From Mytilus edulis (lineage: Eukaryota), in NCBI RefSeq assembly GCF_963676685.1, contig NC_092353.1, positions 4,526,001-4,590,000 on the forward strand: a stretch of 64,000 nt of DNA, given 5' to 3'. The notes beneath the pieces are model-generated. The model did not search any database. It worked only from the letters and a program-made list of their open reading frames with translations, and was not told where the DNA came from. The position numbers and the translations under genes were made by a program. The stretch's first letter is position 1. The number at the start of each line of letters is the position of its first letter. Positions 35,001 through 45,800 of the stretch are shown here, piece after piece.

Positions 35001-38000
35001 ATGTTTGGAGATCGATTCTTTACAAGTTCTTCTTATAATTTCTTTTGCGTATTGACTCTGTGTGAAATATGACGTTTCATTATTTTTCGACGTTTTTTGT
35101 CTCATTGGACATTTTTTCTGATTTTTCTTTTCTTTATTTGCGAAAAGGATAAAATATAAAAACAGCCAGTATTTATATTATCATGTTCAGTATTTGTTGT
35201 AATTTTTGAAATCTGTATCAGTATTTTTCTTCTGATTTAATCGCGATACATCGTAGATCCCGAAATCGTCAAAATGGAATATTTGTTTGGATTTCAGATG
35301 ATACGGGACATTTTTTCTGATTTTAAATTTTTTCAATAGTTTTTTTTTTAAAACAAGTAAACTCAAAAAGTTTGGTACCAATTTAAACAGAAATGTTTGT
35401 AATTTATAAATTATAAATATAAACGATATCCTTTTAAAATTACCTTCAGTATATGAATTTGATCTTCAAAGTTTGCAGTTGGAGTCTAGATTATTTGTCA
35501 CCATTACAAGATCAAAAAGTTGCTATGACGTCATTTTTCTACATGTATGACGTCATATATGTAAGTAAAATTATGTAATTCAAAACTTTACATATGGTTC
35601 TTAATTCCTTCCAAATGAGAACTACCTTTGGCTACTCAATCCATATTTCATTCTCAAAAATGTTTGGAGATCTCAATGTTCAATGTTACGCATTACACGG
35701 CAAAATTGCCTATTTCATAAAATTTAGCGCTTCAAATCGAAACCTATTCGTGAAAAAAATATCATGAAAAACAGATATTTTGTTGCCATTAGATTGGGTA
35801 ACGAAAATTATTTAGCGATTCTGCAAATTGTTGCGTCCTAAACGGACAGTTAGCCTTTTCGCCGATTTTTCTCGAATCACCTTCAAATTGTCACCAGTAT
35901 CTTGCGCGACGTCACAACGTTTTCTGAATGGTTTCATTTTAATATGAGTATAACAATATGAAAATGGGGCATGATTGCCAATGTGATTACAATCCAACAG
36001 AGTCAAAAGGACGAGTATTTAAGCAACTATTTGTCACTGTGCAGTTTTCAACAATGAATAAATGACATACCGTATACAAATATTATCAGGTATCTTTTTA
36101 TCTTCATATAAATTTATCGTTTATCACATTAAAGCATACCGTTTAGAATGTTCAACAAAGTAAATATCTTGGAGAAAAAAAAAGGATTGTGAAATTGTTC
36201 ATCACTTGTTGATTATATATACTTACGACATAAACCACAAGTTCTTTTACAGAATTTAGACAAACAGGGATCACCACACATGTCTGGTATCCGACTTTGC
36301 ATCAAACTACACAACGATTTACTATCATCATCACATATCTCAGCCAACGTCACAGTAAACAATACACATATTACTGAAAATAAAATAAAAAACTTTATAA
36401 AAGTTAATGAAATGAAGAGCAAACGTTATAATAAACAAAACAGATGATGAGTTTTCCAAGGTTTTAGTTTGTAACCAGGGTTTGGTTTTGCTTAAAGATT
36501 TATGAATATTGAACAGATGTAAACTATTGTTACTTTTATTTACCACAACTTAAATGAGTGAAAACACAAATATTTCATTAAAGTTGTTGTAATGATTAGC
36601 AAACTTTACTGTTCACACAACACAAGTTACTAAAAACACAAAAAACTTCATAACTGTAAGTCGAATGATCGGCGAACGTTAAAGAAAAAACAACACAAGT
36701 TACTGAAAACACAACTTCATTAGAGTCAATTTAATAATTAGCATGCGTAGGAATAAACACTACACAGTGTACTTAAAACACAAAGACTTCATTATAGTCA
36801 ATAAAATAATCATTAAACGTAAGAATAAACACATAACACAAGTTACTGAATATTCGAAGACTTCATAAGAGTCAATCAAATGATAAGAAAACATGAGAAT
36901 AAACACTACACTATGTACTGAATGCATCGAATAGTTAGAAAACGTAAGAGTAAAGACAACACAGGTTACTGAAAACATAAAGACTTCATAAGAGTCAATA
37001 TAACGATAAGTAAATTTTACTACATTGTCAAATGATGTTGTACACATTGAAAACGACATTTCTTATTCGTCCTTGATGTATTTAGAAAAGGAGTTTATAT
37101 AAAAGAAAATGTCAGATGAACAGTCCTATAGTTGTACTGACCTGATAGAGTAACAATTCTGTAATATTTCATGGTCGACATTTTAGGTGACCTTGTTGTC
37201 TTATCCTTTTATCAGTTCTGTGGCATGACTTTATATATTTCTCTATTGATATTGATCTAAATCTGTTGTTCACGAATCCAAACAGAAATGTAAACATGTG
37301 AACGTGTTCAACCTCAGCTTTTCGTAACATTTATGAAATAATACAATATCACAGTTTTAAAGACGAAGGGAACTATTGTCGTGAACATATATTCACGAGT
37401 TTAAAACACAGTTTTCAGAATATTATTGAACCAGTCGAGGATTATATATATATAAAAAAAACGAAATGCAAGAAAATGGAGACATATGATCTAATTCCGA
37501 ATAGGTTAAGGTCGTGATGTCGTTGATACAAATTATAACTTTATAAAGTGTTAATACTCATGCTACATCTATCTTTAAAACACTTAAATTTGCTAAACAC
37601 CTTATCTTATTTTAATGATAAATATGTTCCTTCCCTCCGACCAACTGCGTTGCGTAAATCGTAAATCATTTAGAGGAATCTGCTTGATAACGTTAAAAGG
37701 TATTTTCATTTCATCCTGTAATTCAAACAATACGACCACGACACTTACAAAAGAAGAATTTCTGTACATACATATTTATTTTACTTTGCTATCGAATTTT
37801 AATCAGAGATGATGAACTTGATCTTTGTTTACTGTACTCGATGACAAAATTGTCCTTGCACAAAATAAGCTTGCTCGATTTGTCAAGTGCTCTTTCTATA
37901 TTATTAACACCAATATTATAAGCAATCAAAACAGGATTTTTTAGTTACTGTGACACTTCCCACTCTAAGGAGGATATATATCAGATGTGGATACTAGAAA

Positions 38001-38573
38001 GTTTTGCTAGAGAACATACAATCTTAATCGGTCTCTTTTAGCAATAAAATGAAAACGTTTGACTCTAGTATACCCTAATCTAAACTTACAGACAAATCAA
38101 AAGAAAATAATGACCACAGAAGACACAGATATCTTGTTTTAGACGGGATAAACATTGTAAAATACAGCTTTAATATAGACAAAAAATCCTCAAAAACTGA
38201 CATTGTCAAGATCCTTGACTTTTTGATTGACAAAATGTTCATGACGTTTACAAGTAGCATTTTGTAACAATTAGTATTAAAAAAATATACGTCATTTAGC
38301 TGTTATACCATATAATCATAGTACGTCACATCCGGCTGCATATGAAAAAGGGCAGAACAAATATTCCTTTGAATGTGAAAGTTGTAGGAAATTGATCATA
38401 CATTTAATTGCAGTAAAACATATCCGAGTCATAAAACATACCGGTATATCTTTGGTGGTTTCAAAGCATCATTATTTTTTCATTTGGTGTTTCTATAGAT
38501 TACTTTCGAAATTCGTGGTTACATGGGTAGTCTGTAGTACTGGACATGATATAACTTTACTCATGCCAATCAT
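23045..38573 (-). CDS. Gene 2: ~448-aa secreted protein, SP-ShKT-LU-ShKT-LU-T/S linker-C-type lectin-like domain, 12 coding exons
   Basis: Exons: 38561-38573 (MIGM, 13 nt, least certain), 36227-36373, 30674-30750 (PLTCYECIDVDDATQCTTVKTCAKDQ), 29698-29769 (YCFTAQTFTINFAEAYRLGCGPIK), 27903-28038 (TCLQYASISTKRVNLDAGCCNTDKCNNK...), 27179-27313, 26781-26854, 25939-26010, 25295-25469, 24444-24550 (CSYQYHLTCPAGFKPIGKNCY...), 24204-24306 (RYCHDRCAHLV...), 23045-23280 (...HWIW...CNHHAIPMCYVTRS*). Total 1347 nt, open frame, all GT-AG; AATAAA follows the stop at 23023-23028. Confidence 0.9.
28175..28390 (+). repeat. Second dispersed repeat family; copies near 29055-29180, 40215-40380 and 39230-39390(-)
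   Basis: Shared GTACCAGGATTATAATTT...CAGACGCGCGTTTCGTCTACA..AGACTCATCAGTGACGCT...GAAGAGCATTGAGGAC. Confidence 0.7.
28400..28920 (+). mobile_element. Abundant SINE-like dispersed repeat; fragments also near 6200-6400, 9095-9297, 14400-14530, 20110-20410(-), 22135-22290, 23330-23415, 23575-23810(-), 41140-41250
   Basis: Shared head ATGTGGTATGATTGCCAATGAGACAACT and body AAAGGCCCC...AAACAATTCAAACGAGAAAACTAACGG...ACAACCACTGAATTACAGGCTCC in many copies. Confidence 0.75.
29412..29733. repeat. 46-bp minisatellite x7 made of the last 36 nt of gene 2 exon 4 plus 10 nt of its intron
   Basis: Unit ATATACAAACCTTAATCGGACCACAACCAAGACGATAAGCCTCAGC; the last unit overlaps the real exon (29698-29733). Confidence 0.95.
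31410..34100 (-). CDS. DDE/D-type transposase, 896 aa, uninterrupted
   Basis: Basic N-terminus, TCCCRYH Zn-binding motif, catalytic-type motifs IHDYSENY...EEIQSNYF, FTDGCSSQYK, FFETSHAKGPQDAAGGFIKR. I associate this pattern with Sola2 transposases; the family needs an HMM check. The true start may lie upstream or be spliced. Confidence 0.85.
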   Translation of the reverse strand: MCTFKYKYAFRNMNNRKKSKLSAKEILIRNRERKRLQKNETSRKSYGKLYKNKESETKTYSQTINARKKREQREKSKKINERKLKNKMNVRKHRGKKNVELSSMSLVVPEGSNVFKNRMEKARALRKFKEGLPKSPSKRCAVISTYLARRSPRSPTIANLKHSVSPVEMAVVADIQEIIKSTKLKRSKNARSVMNSVTASISGGNLANSRGKIKLCKNLGLPARRVAGGQRIRSRILKSETSAWALTQQKTKKDSISEETKKTVYNFWLSDGISHPTGNKSDIKRERLGPNLYTSHMTHVLEKTQTDAYLDFVAKYPEIKIGQRAFEKLRPFFVRPASEKDRNTCCCRYHVEANLVFKACMKFRKSCDRETDSQESDYPVFEKMSDLIHITLCPKVNGFYRKNCLDRKCSLCGVGNFKLSPNESQSSSTVEWQKYEYITEKSKGKNVRRRLTLIKKKTSVNEMFLNLKKLLETFPAHQHRSNWQSNQLKSLVQNLPVNHCICIHDYSENYRCVEKEEIQSNYFQRTECSIHVTVMHRHAILEYDGVDSTEEFPEIITEHFFVISPDLQHDNDFTKYVQKKVKEYLDSISYTVDHMHEFTDGCSSQYKSRHCLGSLSTAIPDFGYKTFHRNFFETSHAKGPQDAAGGFIKRQADISVLRGNTVIQNAKDLFTFCESSLKKPRSALFKRRVFRYVDSIDRHNSKIFKPIQQNRQIHHVFTSTCNEIIVSDLSCYTCDQCILGNYLNCLNVENTGVKKTIKPREITQTSNEEEVAQDTDILSEDISDLVSINSVVAVKTDDDNFDYYLMKISKGSHVLNSAESDSWGATYPPGFEVFRGHYYDKISDNDPLKYKLLKTKTALVPTKSLLYILADVDASYRITISEDTHLDILSVLDNLD
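34391..34972. mobile_element. PIF/Harbinger-type MITE inserted upstream of the transposase ORF; itself carries a SINE-like fragment (~34580-34850)
   Basis: TIRs GGGAGCAACCATTTGATTTT..polyG..CTAGGATGAAA / reverse complement GGGAGCTTCCATTTGATTTT..polyG..CTAGAATGAAA; 3-bp TSD TAA at 34388-34390 and 34973-34975. Confidence 0.75.
36615..37010. repeat. Degenerate ~70-bp tandem repeat (~6 units) in intron 1 of gene 2
   Basis: Recurrent ACACAAGTTACTGAAAACAC..AGACTTCATAAGAGTCAAT...AACGTAAGAATAAAC near 36621, 36693, 36760, 36835, 36905 and 36958. Confidence 0.8.
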
Positions 38574-39752
38574 TTCTTTATTTAAAGGTAATTAGATAGG
38601 ATAGATCAATTGTGGTATGTGCATTATGAGGAGCTGTACATGCACTTCGACTGTTACTCTCCTTTGTTAAAATGTCATGCTGTTAAGTGAAATACCACAA
38701 AGATGATTTATTCTGAGGAATTTAGTATCGAAAAACACATCATGATTTTATGAGAACATTGCCAAAGATGTCCATTAGTTGTATTTATAATCCAAGAGTC
38801 ATCTTTTGTATCATATTGAATTTTTCGTAGGACAATGAGATAAATTATCACACTATGTTCTACCATGATGCAGTTTGATTTGGATTTTTCCCGAATCGCT
38901 TTAGACTTACTTTATGCTAATTTTTTCTCAAATTATAGAAATGATAATAACAAAACTTGACATTAAAGTCTGAGTTAACAAGTAGCACAATGAGTTGGAG
39001 GGGGGGGGGGAGGGGGGGGAAAATTTGATTGTTTAACAAAAAGTCTTCTTTTAATAAAATATATATACCACCTAATCTTAGAATGTTGCATACGAAAACT
39101 TTTCGAAAAATGTTTCCTTGCATTTGACAGTTGTATTAAAATATTTCTGAGTCATAAACATATCTATCAGGTGTTTCAAAGCACAGTACTTTTTTATTTG
39201 GTATTACTATAGAACATTTTGGAATCTTGAAGTACTTCCACCTCAGGAATAAATAACCTTAGCTGTATTTCACATTACTTTTAAGAATAATTGGTCCTAT
39301 GCTTTTTAACTTCGTTCTTTATTTTGCCTTTTTAACTTTTTTTTAATTAGAACGTCACTGAAATTTTAATCCTGGTATATATGAAGATATTATTTACATG
39401 GTTGTTTGTTGTACACAGTGGGAAAAGGGGCGGACATTTGATTGGTTAACGTTCAGGGATGGTTATAGAAATGCAATGTTAAATTCTTTCTATAGTACTA
39501 AACAGGTTAAAGTAGTATTTTATTCAACTTAACACCAGTTTAGATCTTAATCGATTCTTGATGCGTTCTTTATCTGCAAAAATACAAATGAAGTGAAAAA
39601 TCAACACAACTCGGTAAACGCATAAAAGAAACTTTTCAATGAAACAAGGCCCTGTTCATGTCCTTGAATGAATCCTAAAAAAAAATATTATGTTTGAAAG
39701 ATCAGCTAACATTTGTTTCAAGTGTATAAAAAAACTATAAGTATATGATTAT

Positions 39753-39758
39753 TTTATT
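39753..39758 (-). terminator. Candidate polyadenylation signal (AATAAA) of gene 3
   Basis: tttatt on + strand, ~45 nt downstream of the TAA stop at 39804-39806. Confidence 0.4.
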
Positions 39759-39803
39759 TTCCAAAGAAAATTGAATACACAAGACAATGATTAAGTAACA
39801 ACA

Positions 39804-42800
39804 TTATCCCATTTCCAGTTTACAAAACGGATGATGTAAATCTGTACAAGATACTGCTCTTAAACTATAATGGCCATTGTTATTTCTGTATAGGTAATTA
39901 GCTGAGGCACAATTTTGTCCAGTTACATGTTGATTATAATTAAGGAATAGATCAACCTGCAAGGACTGCTGGATCGGCAAACCATTATGGCTCCAAATCC
40001 ATCCCCGACGTTGATCTCTGACCAACCCCGTAAAGACGTCTAAAATAAAGAAAAACCATCAACATACATGTATTTACAAGTTATAATATTGTTATTCTAT
40101 ATTCATGACAGAACGCTGATTTTTTTTATTTACATTACTTTAAAAATAAACTAAAACAAGGCTTTGTTAATCAGAGACAATATAAACGCTGATACGATTT
40201 TCCTAATTCGGTTAAAAACTATCAAAGGTACCAGGATTATAATTTAGAACGCCAGATGCGCGTTTCGTCTACATAAGACTCATCAGTGACGCTGATATCA
40301 AAATATGTATAAAGCCAAACAAGAAAAAGTTAAAGAGTATTGAGAATCCAAAATTCTAAAATGTTGTGCCAAAATACGGATAAAGAACACAGCTGACGTC
40401 GACGACAAACTAAGCCCTAATATTGTAGTTATTGTTGTTAATTAGACGTCTCCATAAATTGGATGCTTCTAGATCTTCATTTCCTCCATAACATATTTTA
40501 CCGCAACACTGTTTTCTTTTGTATGCAAACAGAGAATCAGATGGTAAATCACAAATTCATTACTTAAAACAAACCAAAACCGTTTTGAAAACAATTGAGA
40601 AACGGGTCCATTAATTTTGAGATTGTTTTTGCCAAGCAAAATATATGTATTAGGTTTCAACTCTATAAAATAAGATGATAAAGGTATCAAAGCCAATGTA
40701 TTGCACTATCTATAGCTGAGCATGGACAACAGTTTATCATTAAGATTTGAACATACTAAGTGTCCCTCACTGAGTGTTTAGCCAATCTCAGACAAAGCAT
40801 GTATGAATGTTTATGTGTGTGCATATGATATGAGAGCATTCACGACCGGTTCAGTTGCCCATCATGCCATACAAGGTCATCATAGGGTTTGCTAATATGA
40901 TCTGATACAATATGTTTTGTTTATTATATATTTTAGAGATTTACTCTTAGGTTTATACTTAGTCGTATATTTCCGTAAAACATATACTTTGATCAATTTA
41001 ACCGAGTAAATGGTTGTATCCTCTCTAAATAAAAGGTTCTTTGATTGATTTCATCACTTAATACTAACATATTAATTGATATAATGTAAACCTAAACCAT
41101 GCGACTATGCACTTAAGCCTATATTTTCCCATTGATATATGACGATGGGGGTATGAGTGCCAAGAAAATACTCAATCCAAGTCACAATTTACAAAAGTAA
41201 ACCGTTATAGGTCAAAGTACAGTCTTCAACACCGAACAGTAAACTATAAAACATACCTATATATCCATTGTGTTGGTATTGTTTGAATGCAGAAAGTTCA
41301 GAGTCAGACTGAATATAAAAAAGGTCTGCACAATGACTTCGACAGAATCTCTACAAAAATAATTTGTATATGTAACAGTAAGTGGCATTATAAATTCTAA
41401 AATCTTGAAGTTGTACATTGTTGTAGTAGGTATCTCAAATTGTGCACTCATATACACTTTATACATATTAATACAAATTTGACTTTTTAAAAAGAAAACT
41501 ATTTACTTTAGTAAATTGTACAGTCTCTAACACACAACAACAGTTAGTTAATAAATTTAAAAAATAATTATAACTAAGGCACAGTCTACCTTAGACGGAT
41601 TTAGTTATTTGTTAGCTTTTAGTTTGTCATACAGCTCAACGACTGTTTCTGATTTTATTCATTTACGGCTTGAAATATTCAGAGTTCCCGATGAAGGTAA
41701 ATCAAGAAAAACACTTCGGACGAATGCAATTATTTAACATGTTGTTTTCATATAAAATGCAGAGCCTACTTGATACTGTGGTATATATAGATTGAACTTA
41801 TATTTGAAAGATAACCCTCTCATTATACCTATAATCATGTTCGATGTCATATTATTAGAAGAGATAAACGTGGTAAGAGGAGAAAGCCAATGTCATCAAT
41901 AGCTTTTCTAACAATAACGTATTTATAAATATTAGAGGTCATGATGTTTTTTCGTATTCATTTTGTCCAATACTGCTTATTTGTTTCCACATAATTATGT
42001 TTAAAAGTACAACTATACTTACAAGAGCTTCATGTTTGGTTACCTTCTGATTACCAAAGAGATAACAATTATTACCATGCTGACGAAAACCAATCGGGCA
42101 TCGATAATACCGATTTGAACAGCCTAAAAATAAAAATAGTTTAAACAATATTAAAACGATTAATAGTGATGTAATATATTAATGAACAAAAATTCATATC
42201 CGACATGAAATTTTACTAAAAATGACATATACTACAATTGATATGTTCTAAATTGACAAATAGAAATTGTCACAACTTGTTGAGTATTAATTTTAAACTG
42301 TTCTAAAATCATCTGACATACGTGGTTGAGCCGTGGTTGTCGTAGTCGTAGTTGATATCGTTTTAGAATTAGGATGTGCGTTACATTTATCTCCCTTGCA
42401 GCATCCACCAGAGAAGGTAAAATCTCTTCGTCCAAATACATGACCTGAAGGTGACTTTAGTTGATCACACAACTGTAATATGTCAAACGATAATTAGTAT
42501 TGGTATGTTTTTTATAAGTTTCAATTCAAAGATAAATGATCACATGCTCTGTTGTTGATTACTTAACATTTGACAATTTCTGACAAATTGTTGAATCAAA
42601 TTGATTGTCACAATCTTAAATTTGTTCCAAAAAGAATAGGAACAATACCGAGCTCAAAGGTTCATTCAAAACAAAAAAGTTCATAAACGAGATTTAAGTT
42701 ACAACAAAACGTTATCAAACTCGCAAAAAATATTCCCTTTATCAAAACGAATAATATCTTTGTAACTTTCCCCCAAATGTCTTCGTCTCTCACATTTTGT

Positions 42801-45800
42801 TATAAATAAAATAAGTATACAGTTCATAATATATTTAAATTAGTACAGCTTTAAACTGTCTGTAAATAATTACTTGTACCATGTAAAAACCTCAAATATT
42901 ATAATTCAATTATATATAACTTGTATATTTGTTCTATGACCACAATACTTGGCTTCCTCCTATATTTAACAAACTTACGCTCCGTTCAATGCATCCGAGT
43001 TGAACTACAGTTTTAAAGTTTGATCCCAATTTTTCAAGTCCATAACATTCCTAAAAGTTAAGAATAGAATAAAAATAGTTAAACAGTGAACTAACAGTAA
43101 CAAAAGATAAATACAGATAAGTTTTTGTTAATTTCATATATGAATTGTTTATGTTTAACAATCAAAGAAGCGATAATATTCAATGTTGGTCAACAATACA
43201 ATGATTTTTTAAACGAATACCAACTTCGAATGCTATGTTTTCAATTTATATTTTCAAATGGACTATTAAAAACTATTTGCACGCATGTGTGTATGTCTAT
43301 GGAAATAATTAATAGGAAGTGATAACATGGTAGCATAAAATCTTGTACATCTTCAAGCCTTACGGATTTGGGGTTAAATTTTTAATGTGAGAATGAACAA
43401 GACTAGTATTTGCTAACATCATTGTTGCTTTCTTTCTACTAAATATGTGTAACTTGCAATCATATTACAATCCCAAGGGTGACTGGGGTATAGAAATATG
43501 GTCACTTGGTCTTCTCCCGACCGGCAGTAAAACGCTTGCTGAAGTGGGGCGCCCGTTTGGCTGTGCAGGATGTATCAAATTCGCAGTCACGTCCGGTCAG
43601 AAGGGGGACGTTAAATCCGATGCCTCGTGTAAAGAGAGTGCCACGCTCTTTGCACGTTAAGAACCATTGCAATAACTCTTGTAGGGGTCCGTAGGTGGCC
43701 TGTTGCAAGGCAAAATTTCTTTCCCTATCCAATATACCCTCATTTTCCAGTGGTAGTCCAAATTTCCCCGACCATCATCCTAAATGGCCTCTATTTTACA
43801 ACAACCTACCTATTGTATTTATTGTGAACTTATTCTCGTCCTGAATATGCATGAAATATTTGCCACTGAACGTTAAGCAACCAACAATCAATCAATCAAT
43901 CAATCATATTACACCCTAGTTCGTAGATGCATTGATGACCTATTGGTGACCTTCTGTTGTTGTCTGTTCTATGGGTGGTTTGTTGTCTCTTTGACAGATT
44001 CCCCATTTCCATTCTCATTTTTACAGTATTTGCAATCTTCCAGAAAGTTAAATTTACAGGTTAACTGTGAAACTTTTTAAAAATAATTAGTAAGGGATTT
44101 GAAACTTCCTGGACAAGCCCGTGTGCGTCCCATGGATTACTACACCTACATTGTTACCTTTGAGCTTTGACGAATCAAAAATATTAACAAAATTTCTCAG
44201 TTTCAAAGCTTTTGTATCTATGACGAGTTGTTTTGCTATGTATATCATAAGTTTTGATTTTACCTTTTTTTTTATGAGTGAGGAAAAATTTGAAATATGT
44301 TATTATATTATCCACACATTTTGAAACATTATAACAAATGGCGATCCAAGGGCTATTTGATATGAGAAAGAAAGAAAAATACGGGTTTACTCATGCGCAC
44401 TTAATAATGTCTAAACTGAAAACATTACTCATTAATATTTTAATTCACTTTATGTAAAGTGTTTGATGTGAATTTTCCATGAGCAAATGACAAAACTCGT
44501 ATATCAATAGTTGATTATAATACAAAAATATTTGTGGAACAAAACTACTAGTTATGTTTCTGGTGAAATTATAACAACTTTGAAATAATGGAAAATAACA
44601 TTTTATTTAGCGACATGAAGAATTTTTTGTTGTTAATCGTGTTAATATACATAAGGATATATATTTACGTTTACAATGTAATCACATCGCTTTGTTAAAT
44701 TGCATTGTAGAAAAAAAACCACATTCAAATATAATGCAACATGGCAAATATGTGTGCATACCTTCCCATCACTGCAAGCTGTTGATTGAGTGCAATTGTC
44801 TGGATGATCAACTTCATAACAATCAAGGCAATAAACTGTAACGAAAAATGTTACTTTGAGTTCACTTATTACATTATAAACAATTAAGTTATTGATTGTA
44901 TTTCATATAACAAGAAAAGTATACAAATGTCATTCGTTATTTTCTATTTTTGTTTTGCTATCAGCTACTATCTTTTTTAAGATTTCTTTTAATATGAATA
45001 CAATAACAGTAGTGTATCGATACATTAATTAAAACAAAATATTTATACCGAACTCTAAGGTAAATTAAAAAAGGAAGTCCAGGAAACTTAAAACGCTCGA
45101 CTATAGCAACCAGCGGACGTAATAGAGAACACCTGACATATTGTTAACTAGGTATGGATACTTTCTGAAAACAATGGTTGATTACACCGGCTTTAGTACC
45201 TTTATAAACTTTCCGCTTTAATGGCAGTTGTTTATAGCATCGTTCTATTGACCAGTTTGGTTGAGCAACAACTCATGATCAAACACAAAATTAAAAGGGC
45301 ATTCTATGAAATTCAAAAGGGACAAAGCCGGTTACATTGTGTCAAGAGGTTTGGCGTCTCCAGCGTTACATAATCATCGTCACTAAAATCTACATTCAGT
45401 CAAAATGTCATAATGAGGAATAGGACACGATGAATTACTCTAAAAAAACATAGATATATATAAAATACAAGTATAAGCAACATAATGCAACAGAATAAAC
45501 ATTATTATTCAGCTCGTAAGACAAGTGTCATTTATGTACAGGAGATTGACAAATTATTATTATTATTTACAGTGCTTATATAGCGCTTATCTAAATACAC
45601 ATTTACTCTAAGCGCTTTACAATGCATAAAAAACAATGAAACAAGTACATATAAACAAATGACGCATAAAGCCTATAAGATACGAAAGATCAATCCGGTA
45701 AAAATACAACAAACTTAATTTGGATTTCCTATATGGAGAGAATAAACTAGAGGCTCTTAAGAGCCTGTGTCGCTCACCTTGGTTTATGTGCATATTAAAC

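Larger units (their letters stand above)
30917..35913 (-). mobile_element. Autonomous-type cut-and-paste DNA transposon (Sola2-like, best guess) in intron 2 of gene 2
   Basis: 27-bp TIRs: GACGTCGCGCAAAATACTGGTGATAAT (30917-30943) vs reverse complement of 35887-35913, GACGTCGCGCAAGATACTGGTGACAAT (2 mismatches). Flanked by ACA on both sides; encloses an 896-aa ORF. Confidence 0.85.

Noticed and set aside
36374-36422. ORF-track N-terminus MLFISLTFIKFFILFS as the signal peptide of gene 2
   Set aside because: It starts at TTG and is the polypyrimidine tract/acceptor of exon 2; the paralogs use a separate 13-nt ATG exon.
39420-39450. GC box plus CCAAT motif as promoter of gene 2
   Set aside because: Short motifs ~850 bp from an uncertain first exon; cannot be supported without TSS data.
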